DNA from: Paraspadella gotoi
Lineage: Eukaryota; Animalia; Chaetognatha
Reading direction: 5' to 3'
Length of the DNA stretch: 64,000 bases
Assembly (NCBI GenBank): GCA_051294375.1
Contig: CM119263.1
Coordinates: 4,584,209-4,648,208, forward strand
Both the position numbers and the translations under genes were made by a program. Under the pieces are notes generated by a model. The model was not told the origin of the DNA. It was given only the letters and a program-made list of their open reading frames with translations, and ran no database searches. This document shows, in pieces, positions 54,601 to 64,000 of the stretch; the first letter of the stretch is position 1; each line of letters opens with the position of its first letter.

Positions 54601-57600
54601 GAAGAAAAACGCCCCGTCGATGAGGTGGCGGGGGCTGCGGCGGCGGCGGCAGCGGCAGCGGCAGCGGCAGCGGCGGCGGCGGGAAATCGCGTCCCTTCGT
54701 TGGAAGAAGAGGAAAACGACGATTTGAGAAAAGTTTTAGGAAAAAAAAAATCGCCGGAAATGACGTCGACGCCGAAATCGACGCCGAGAAAATTGCCGGA
54801 GTCGCCGGGAGAAGCGCCGATCGAAGCGTCGTCTACGAAAGCGGCGCCGGACCCGCCCACTTCGACACCGGCGGCGTCATCGTCGACGCCCGTGGAGCGA
54901 AAACCGTCGAAGAAAAAGAAAAAACGCGATTCTTTACCGAGACAAAATTCCAACGCGTCCAATTCCGAAATCGTTTACGCCGACGTAGAGATAGCGGCGC
55001 CCTCCACGTCTTCCTTCAAACCCCCGCCGTCGGACGGCGTCATCTACGAACCGGTGGTGCCACCGGGCGGAGTCGTTGGTCCCGAGGATGGAATCGCACC
55101 GGCGCCGGAGGAGTCGCCCGTCAAACCGGCGCGCCTGGCGCGACCGGATGAGTCGAAGACGACTGAGACGACGCCGGGAGAGACGACGCCGTGGCGTCGT
55201 GTTCCCGGCGTCAGATCCAGAAAATCCTCTAAGTCAAAAACGCCGTCGACGGAGGAAGATGCGCCGGCGGCGTCTGCGGCGGACACGCCCATCCGTGGGA
55301 CGACGACGCCGGTCGAAGAGATGGCGCCATCTTTGCCCGCGAAGAAGAATCGAAAACCGAAGGTGACAGGGAGAGAGAAAGGACAGAGGTTGTTGGTCAG
55401 TCTGTATTACCGTCTGTACGTCTGTCTGTCTGTTTTTCTGTCTGTTAGTGTGTTGACTATTATTAGCAATTTGTTTTTAAAATTTTTTAAATCAAACAGG
55501 TTTAATTATTAAAAGATTAAACGATTTAGTAGTTGATAATAAACTATAGTACTAATTCTATATATCTGTCAAGATCTATACTTGTGGATAAGGCGCTAAG
55601 TGGGCTGAAGATGACTATCCGTAACTTCTATAACCCCTTTAGTAGCCATGGAACGGGTCCTGGGCTTGGAACCAGGCTTGAGGGTTGCCACGCCCCCAAG
55701 GCGGCTTACGGCCGTCCTTACGCTTCCACAGGGTAGGTACCGGGTTGGGATTGAACCCGGTACCTAGTGGTCATGAGCTGATGGCTTTACTCAATGAGCC
55801 ACCGGGTCAGGACTGAAGGTGTCATGCTTATAGGCGGGGTGAACCTAGGCAATGCCCGACTACATGCCCCCAAGATTGTAACCCACCCTGCACTGCTTCC
55901 AGTGGAGGGAGGGGAGCAATCTTCAGCACGTCCATGGGCCTGGAATCAGAAGGTTGGAATACGCTCGACAGGATGGGCTCACCAGTGTGGATAAGGCGCT
56001 AAGTGGGCTGAAGATGACTATCCGTAACTTCTATAACCCCCTTTAGTAGCCATGGAACGGGTCCTGGGCTTGGAACCAGGCTTGAGGGGTTGCCACGCCC
56101 CAAGGCGGCTTACGGCCGTCCTCACGCTTCCCACTGGGTAGGTACCGGGTTGGGATTGAACCCGGTACCTAGTGGTCATGAGCTGATGGCCTTACTCAAT
56201 GAGCCACCGGGTCAGGACTGAAGGTGTCATGCTTATAGGCGGGGGAACCTAGGCAATGCCCGACTACATACTTGAATTTTAAATTTTGATAATTTACTTT
56301 TTCATTTTGTGATTTTCTGCTCGGATTGCTTTCAGCTTTTCTACAGTCTAATAGTGTCAAAATAATGTACATATTTTTGATAACTTTTCTACCTGTTTTG
56401 TTCCCTACTCTTCTATCGCCTCAACTTTGAAACGTAAACGCGAATTTTCGTTTTCTCAGGAAAAAAAGCGCCGGTCCAGCAAGAGCGCCGGGGACGCCGA
56501 CGAAGAAAACGCCGGCGACGTAGACGAGACTGAAGTCAAAATCCCTCTGGACGAAGAGCAGATGTTGGCGAGGAAGAAGAGAGAAGAGAAGGAGAAGAAG
56601 AAGAAGAAGAAGAAGATGGAGGACGAAGACGAGGAAGATGATTTGATTCTTCCTCCAGATTTGACGGGAGATTTCGTCAACGACTCTCGTCGACCGTTGA
56701 GGGCGTCGACGCCTGATGGAGTGGAAGAGGGTGAGAGGGAGAGGGGAGAGGGGGAGGGAGTGGGAGAGAGAGCGAGTGGGAGAGGGGGGAAGGAAGAAAA
56801 AATAAGTAATTGACATAGTTGAAAAAATATCACTACTTTGATAGGGAAGCAAAAAAGCAAGACAGTGAGATAGTCTTGAATAAAAGTTTACGAGGGCCTG
56901 CTGCGGTATGTTTTTATTTCGTCAAAGAGATGAAGGCCATAACCAGGGCCAAGGTAGCTTATTTTTTTAATGATTTCTTATTTTTTGTACCAATTTCATA
57001 AAGGGGGAGACGAGAAATAAGGATAGTTGAAAAAAATACAAGAGAGGAATCTAGAGTTACCTGTGGGATGAATGAGTTTTTGATCCGGCGGAATGCTAAA
57101 TAGAAATCATCGGTAAACAAAAAACTAAGTTCTTTAATTTAAAAAAATCTAACATTAACATTAACATTTAACATTAATTAAAAGAAAAAAATGCTGCCAA
57201 AAAAAAAACAAAGAAAGATCAGCGATGCTTCTTTTCGCTTTTTTTTCGTTGGTGAAATCTTTTGGGTGTCAAAACAAAATTCGAAAAACTAAAATCACAT
57301 TTTCTTCGACTCTCGAAATTCAAGGTTCGACTTTGGGTCCGATGTTCTGACTAAATACGTTCATTTGTTTAATTTCGTGACCAACGGCTCATTTGCATAG
57401 TAGAAATATTTTGTTTTGATAAGCCCGTTTGACAAAATAAAAACTTAAAAAAGAAAAAAAATGTATAAAATATTTTTTTTGATTAAAAATCTCTTGGTAA
57501 AGATTTCAACTTTTCCTCGTCTACAAAATTTGGTTTTAAAATCAACAATTTCAACTGAGAAACATTCTAGTATTGTTATCAATAACTAAGTTGGTCAACC

Positions 57601-58477
57601 GAGCGTTCTTATTTCGGGCACATGTAAAAAATTTTCATCCGAAATTGTCCTAGTTATCGCTTCTCGGCCTTTTGGCTAAGATCAAAGTGTAGTATCTGTT
57701 CTTATCAGCTTAATATCTGATACGGTCCGCACTGCGGGCCCAGAATATTAAACTGATTTTTGAGCATCGGAGGAGCGCTCAGTGCTTGCACGGCCTCCTC
57801 CACGGGTCAGCCCGGTATTGCAGTACCTCCGGGATTGGCCCATCACCCTTTGGGTGAATATTTTCAATAGAAATAATTAATGTAAAACTACTCGTATTTC
57901 AAGTCAATGGAATGATTAGTTTTATTATTGCACCTTTCCTATTCAATAAAAGGAACCACTTCCATTTGCAATCTTGCAATCCCCATCTCTCCCCCCCCTC
58001 TCCTCTAGGCATCCCCACAACACCCAAATCGCCCATGAGCAACGACGACGACTCTGGAGGAACTTCGCTTCTGGAGCCATCGTCGTTGATGTCGCCGCCG
58101 TTCTTCACTCAAACCTCATTGGTGGACACCGTGTTGGAGGAACACGACGAAGGAGGGACCATCAACAGATCATTGTGAGTTCTTTGCTGGTTACTGTTGG
58201 TCGTTGCCATTGCTCGTTGCTGTTGATTGCTGACGATTTTTAAAAAATATATATATTACAACTGAGAGATTAATTCCTGTCAAAAATGTCAACATTGTGA
58301 AACTTGACTCCATCAGACGAAACTCGATCATCCGTGATGATTTAGTGACTCACCTCATTCTTCAATCCGTCGACAAACTCATCTTCGTCGTGGGCAACGT
58401 AAACAAGTGAGTCGTCAAAGTTTCCTGACTTACTTTTCAGTTTTAAAAAAAAACTAGTATTTACGAACTCAACATTA

Positions 58478-58518
<41 letters not shown>

Positions 58519-59778
58519 TCTCTCTTTCTCTCTCCCTCTCCATCCCTCTCCTACTCACAGATGCAGCAACCAATGCCTCGCCATCCAAGACACCATCACT
58601 CTCTTGGAGCCTCTTTTAAGCGAATTAGAGGTGCAATGGAAAAAATTGTCGAGACGGCGAAGGCGACACCTGGACCTCTACCTCTCCTGCATCTATCAGG
58701 TTGGGCTAGTTTGGTCTAGGATAAGTTTTAGCTGGGTTGGTTGGTCCAGGGTAAATTTAAGCTGGGCTAGGTTGCTCTAAAATATGTTTGGGCTGAGCTA
58801 TGTTGGTCTTGGATAAGTTTGCGATGGGCTAAGGTGGACTAGGATAAGTTTGAGCTAGAATAGGGTGGTCTAGGATAAGTCTAAGCTGAGCTAGGTTAGT
58901 CTAGAATAAGTTTGGGCTGGGATGGGTTTTTCTAATATAATTTTGGGCTCGGCTGGGTTGCTCATTCTTTTTTTTTTCTTTTCGGCTGGTGATAGTTTTT
59001 TTTATATGCACAAGAATCGTCGGTATTCTATTTTTAAATTTAAAATTAAACATTTATTATACAAAAAGCTAATCATTCAATTGATTCTTTAATTTTCCCA
59101 GTGGTTGGACTACGTGGAACAAATCATAATCAAATGCTCCGCCGAAATTCCCAACTACAAAGTTTTCCATCATCTCCTTCGAGCGGTCAAGGGTGTCGGG
59201 TTCAGGTCGGCGAAATATTGACTCTGAAGAAACAGTAATAATTGTTATATGGTAGTGACAGAACCATTTAATATAAGCAGTCCCTGAGCTTCGGATCAGG
59301 CTGTAACACCACATACAGGCGGGTTTTAGTCCACCATAATTCTTAATACATACATTAAATAAACTACGTCATCTTTTTAAAAAAAAAGTTTTTGAACTAA
59401 TTTTTTTATATCTTTAAATTAAGAAAAAATTAGTGGACGCGAATCTGAAGATTCGATCCGCGGAACAACATCTGGTGACGGCGATGATCACGTGCAACCT
59501 TCAGGTGATTGAGTCATATCGTGTCATGTCATTGTCATGTGATATGATGTCATGAATTTCTTTAATTTATTTGCATGTTTCGCTTGTCAGAAAACCGATC
59601 GGTAATTATGTCTCTCTCCCCTTAAGGTATCCGCGAAAAGTCGGAGTTTAGCCTTCGAAGACGTTCGCAGTCTCCTTGACAACGAAGGGAAGATTGTCAA
59701 CAAACAACTTCATCGAACGGCGCAGGTAAGAGGCGCTAAGGGTCATTCACTCCCTCTCTGTCGTTTTTCCTCGAGTTA

Positions 59779-59851
<73 letters not shown>

Positions 59852-60544
59852 GGATCTGTACGAAAAACAACTGAAGATGGAGAGAAAGATCGTGGAGAAA
59901 CTCTCGAAGAAAGAGAAGAAGCACAGGGCGGCTGTCAATAGAGAGGAAGGAGAGGAAACAGTTTCCGAAGAGGTTTTGATTGAATGATTGATTGATTTCA
60001 TTTGGTTGATGATTTGGATTTGAATGATTGATTGATTTCATTCGGTTGATGATTTGGATTTGAATGATTGATTGATTTCGTTTATTTTATTGATGGATAG
60101 ATTGATTTAAGACTAGTCATTGAATGTTTTATCCATAGTTAAAAGTGTGATTGGCTGATTGAGTAACTGACTGATTGATTAATTAATTGAAGGTTCCGGA
60201 ACGAGTGGGCGACTTGATGGTGGACACATCTCCGAAACAAGAGCTCGGGACAATCGCTGAGGAAGAACCAGACGAAAACGAAAACGTGGAAACGGTAAAT
60301 AAAATGGAATTCAAATTTAATTCAATTCTACGTTAATATTAATGTTTACTTACTGAATTAAAGAAAGAATGATAATACTTTTTAATAATTCGTATAATAA
60401 GAATAAAAAAACATTTTAAGAAAAACGATAGTAAGACATGAGAAAAAATCCAAACTGCTACAATCGGTAAATGTTTCTCACGAGATTTCTCACGATGATC
60501 TTCCACCGCAACGAAACGGGACGATCAAAATGGCGGACAAATGA
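51597..60544 (+). CDS. ~1250-aa acidic disordered protein with C-terminal helical (MLKL-N-terminal-like) and coiled-coil domain; paralog A
   Basis: Phase-consistent GT-AG exons: 51597-51912, 52586-52803, 53272-55362, 56460-56730, 58009-58174, 58317-58406, 58561-58699, 59424-59504, 59627-59725, 59853-59972, 60193-60294, 60485-60544. The last exons are mirrored in the adjacent paralog. Confidence 0.8.
55583..56268 (-). mobile_element. TRIM (non-autonomous mini LTR retroelement) with tRNA-derived LTRs, Helenus-like
   Basis: Two ~282-bp direct repeats (55583-55864, 55986-56268), each TG...CA, flanked by a 4-bp TSD (TACT). The 121-bp internal part has a PBS-like TGGTGAGCCC next to the 5' LTR and a G-tract before the 3' LTR. 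Each LTR has A/B boxes and a CAT anticodon-like loop. Confidence 0.85.
57656..57845 (+). ncRNA. RNU2: U2 spliceosomal snRNA
   Basis: ATCGCTTCTCGGCCTTTTGGCTAAGATCAAAGTGTAGTATCTGTTCTT 5' end with branch-point recognition sequence GTAGTA, Sm site GATTTTTGA and stem-loop IV TATTGCAGTA; full length ~190 nt. Confidence 0.97.
58700..58960. repeat. Degenerate intronic minisatellite (~30-31 bp, GGGCTAGGTTGGTCTAGGATAAGTTTGAGCT-like)
   Basis: About 8 diverged tandem units visible. Confidence 0.75.
59248..59338 (-). mobile_element. Internally deleted copy of the 25923-26124 element
   Basis: Shares both ends (TATGGTGGACTAAAA and CCCGCCTGTA..GGTTCTGTCACTA) but lacks the tRNA head and the 5' half of the RNA module. 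Confidence 0.8.
59979..60079. repeat. 40-bp tandem repeat (~2.5 copies)
   Basis: ATTTGAATGATTGATTGATTTCATT[TC]GGTTGATGATTTGG repeated. Confidence 0.8.
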
Positions 60545-61032
60545 TCATCGACTCAGCGACCTCCACGGGTTTAAAACAAAATGACATCAAAATTCCAAAA
60601 CTTCAACATTAAATCTATTTTGTAGAAGTTTCGTCTTTCCCATCCTTTGTTTCCCCCCCCTCCCCCCGTTTCATCTCCAATGTAAAAAAAGTGCAGCATG
60701 TAGTGGAATATTTCGTTGTTTCCTTTTGAGACTTTGTTTATTTTAAGTTCGTTTGTACATTTTTGTTTTTCAATTCGCGATCATTAATTCTTCCAAACGA
60801 GAATCAAATTCAATACGGCGACTGTTAAAAAAAAGTTATTCTCCTTCCCCCCTACTACGATTAAATTTGGAAAATTAAAATGTTTTTTTTTTAATTTCTT
60901 GCAGTTGAAATGAATTTAAATCTAAAACTAATATAAACAAAATCGGAGGAAGAAAGTAAAAAAGAAAATAAACTAACAACCCTTAAAACAAGAACAAGAA
61001 CAGCAATTACGCCTACAACAACAACCACAAAG

Positions 61033-62141
61033 ATGGCGGATTCAGAAACTCCACAAGTGAAACTGGAAGTGAATTCAGAGACGAAGAATCGATTGATGTC
61101 AGATGACGAACCTCCGCTCCGATCTTCCACGCCTGATCACATGATTCCCAAAGGTATAAATCTTTACAAAACATATTAAACAACTTATCAAACTAATGAA
61201 ATATGCAAATGAGATTAGGAATATGCTAATATTTTCCCTTGTCTTTTTTTGTCCTTCTCTTTCTATTCTTTGCTTAATCATTTCCGTCCTCCTTCAATAA
61301 CTCCCGCTCACCTCCGCAGTCTCTTCTGCTACCGCCAGCCCCCAGAACCCTTCCAACGACTCTTCAGGCGCATCCGGCCTCGACGTCACCCTCTCTCCTC
61401 CCAAACTGCCCGTCGTATCCGCCGGAGCAGCCGCGTCGGCCTCCGCCGCAGCCGGACCGCGCGGCCCAACGAGGCCATACAAAAGAGACTACGACGACGA
61501 GGATAATGACGACGGTGGCGACGACGACGAAGAATTCAGAGTGTGAGAAAATGTTGTATTGTTTGTTTTCGTAAATTTTGTTTAAAATATATATTCCAGG
61601 CATTTAAATAATTATTTCTTGTTTTATAGTTTAATTTGTCCTTACGTCGGTCGTTTAATTTCTGTTATCTTTTTCTTTCTCCCATTTCCGCAACTTTTCC
61701 AGTTTTTATTGTTTGTTTCTCTGTATTTTGCAGAAGGAGACCATCAGTCAATAGAGAAGATTTGCTTACAAACATCATGTTGGACTACGTTTGCAATTTG
61801 ACGACCATCATCGAGAAGTCAAACAAGTGAGAGTAAAATTTAATAATTTAAAAATTTAAAAACTTCATCTGCTAAACAAACGGCGCCAGCAACGAGATAT
61901 TTTTAAAAAAAATAGAACCCAGGTAAATATAAATGTGATTTAATTTAATTTGATATAAGTGGATTTCAACGTAAATCAACGGAAAACGCAATTGCAGACA
62001 CGGGAACCAATGCCTCGCCATCCAAGACACAGTGACTCTGATGCAACCGCTCATCGATGAATTGCAACTGCAATGGAAGAATCTTTCGCGAAGAAGAAGA
62101 CGACATCTCGATATTTATCTCTCTTGTCTCTTGCAGGTTTT

Positions 62142-62219
<78 letters not shown>

Positions 62220-62240
62220 AAAGAGAGAGAGAGAGAGAGA

Positions 62241-62273
<33 letters not shown>

Positions 62274-62328
62274 TCTGTTAAGTTTTTTTGGCAAGGAAAA
62301 TTCGAACTGTATTAGGTCTGTCCCCTGT

Positions 62329-62395
<67 letters not shown>

Positions 62396-62397
62396 AA

Positions 62398-62446
<49 letters not shown>

Positions 62447-62863
62447 GTCTGTCCCCTGTAGGGTTGAGGAGGCATATTTGCTTATTTTAGGGTTTAAGGC
62501 GATATAGATCATTTGAGGTGTAAAGTATATTTGTTTTCAGAAGTTAAATATGAAAATAAAATATTCGTTTAACAAACAAATTACGTTTCCTACTAATTTT
62601 AAAAAGGATAATGAGGCCTCAATTGTAAAGCAAAACCCAACTCTATCACAAATTTTTGGTTCATTGAAATTGTACATATTTTATCTACCTAATTTTATTA
62701 AATTGGTCTTAACAACAATACGAAACAAATTTATAACTTGTCTTTATTCACTAGTGGCTCGACTATATTGAATATCTTTTGATGAAATGTTGCGACGACA
62801 TTCCGAAATATCAACTTTTTCATCATCTTTTCAAAGCCGTAAAAGGAGTGTCGCTCAGGTAAA

Positions 62864-62923
<60 letters not shown>

Positions 62924-62931
62924 CTCTCTCT

Positions 62932-63011
<80 letters not shown>

Positions 63012-64000
63012 CGCCTTACTCCCTTTCTTTTTTATAAGGAGAAAAATTATCGACACAAATCTAAAAATCCGCTCCGCTGTGCAACATTTGTTAACCGCGA
63101 TGATAACTTGTAATGTTCAGGTAAATAAAACCAAAACAGATCAAAAAGAATGTTTTTTTCGTGTTTTTTTTTTTAACAAATTTCTTGCCTCAGATTTCTT
63201 CTCAATGTCGAAATCAAATCTTCGATGACATTCGCAAAGTTCTTGAGACCGAAGGACCAATCACGAAAAAGCAGCTCAACAGCACCGCGCAGGTAAGGTT
63301 CTCGGGTAGGGTAAGGAAGTCAGCTTATGATTAAACTCGCCTATCAAATTCATCAGAAAATCAAACGCTCACTAAGAAACTATCTTGTGCTCCCTCTGTT
63401 AAAACGCCGGTCTATGTACATTTCAACTCGCACTCAGTTTTGAGCAAATGTGTAAATCTTTTTGTTTGTCAATTTTCGTGTTTCTTCGTAAATCGTATCA
63501 TATTTTGTCAGGAATTGTACGAGAAACAACTCGAGATGGAGAAAAAGATTTTGGAAAAATTACGAAAGAAAGAAAAGAAGCACAGAGCAACGATGAGTGG
63601 AGGAGGTGAAGGGACGGATATTTCTGAAAAGGTAAATAGTAAGATGTCCTTCAAATGTAATTTAATATCAAACATGGTACAGGTACAATATCTTTTTATT
63701 ATGACCAATACGTCGATATATTTGAGAGATTATCTTCAGGGCCATACGAGTGAGATACTGTGAGATACTGCCTTTTTTTCACTTATATGTAAACTGAACT
63801 AATTCGAATATCGGTCCATGAACATTTATCTCTTCAAATTATTATTCTATGTGTCTTATCCGATCCATTCTAATTCATTCAAATTCATTCAAATCCATTC
63901 TAATCCATTCTAATCCATTTTAATCCATTCTAATCCATTTGAAACCATTCTAATCTAACCAATCAATCCTATCAGCCACCGGAAAGAGTTGGAGACCTGA
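61033..64000 (+). CDS. Paralog B: short-N-terminus version of the same helical/coiled-coil protein; runs off the window
   Basis: Exons 61033-61153, 61320-61542, 61734-61826, 61998-62136, ~63040-63120, 63194-63292, 63512-63631, 63976-end have the same phases and similar sizes as paralog A (NQCLAIQDT, LSRRRRRHLD.YLSC, NLKIRSA.QHL.TAMITCN.Q, LYEKQL.ME.KI.EKL.KKEKKHRA, PERVGDL). The start is uncertain. Confidence 0.8.
63860..63955. repeat. 10-bp tandem repeat (AATCCATTCT)n
   Basis: Directly visible. Confidence 0.85.

Noticed and set aside
55600-55645. CTGAAGA as a hammerhead core in the TRIM LTR
   Set aside because: No downstream GAAA or stem II/III arrangement.
55875-55920. TAAC...AGTGGAGGG as a plus-strand type-P1 twister
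   Set aside because: Lacks the P4 loop; better explained as a simple hairpin.
59069-59240. Coding-like minus-strand fragment next to the deleted element
   Set aside because: Short, with no recognisable family and no clear splice context.

Overview
AT-rich animal (probably invertebrate) genomic DNA with many (AG)n microsatellites. The draft assembly is error-prone: four N gaps, many homopolymer indels, and a ~9.8-kb tandem duplication across a 25-N gap that is probably an artefact. The left 46 kb is spanned by the 3' part of an FGFRL1/nou-darake-type gene (+; Ig3, TM and His-rich tail exons splice in phase). Its introns host antisense genes: a Flattop/CFAP126-like gene with a repeated core and an Asp-rich insert, two tandem C2H2 zinc-finger genes, and two low-complexity ORFs. 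The right end holds two tandem paralogous multi-exon genes sharing a C-terminal helical domain that resembles the MLKL N-terminal bundle/brace. Introns of the first paralog carry an intact-looking U2 snRNA gene and a TRIM-type mini LTR element with tRNA-derived LTRs. The most unusual signal is that this TRIM and an otherwise dissimilar tRNA-headed element at 26 kb share a covarying, twister-ribozyme-like RNA module just downstream of their Pol III promoters. All homology calls were made by eye from remembered family motifs; no searches were run.
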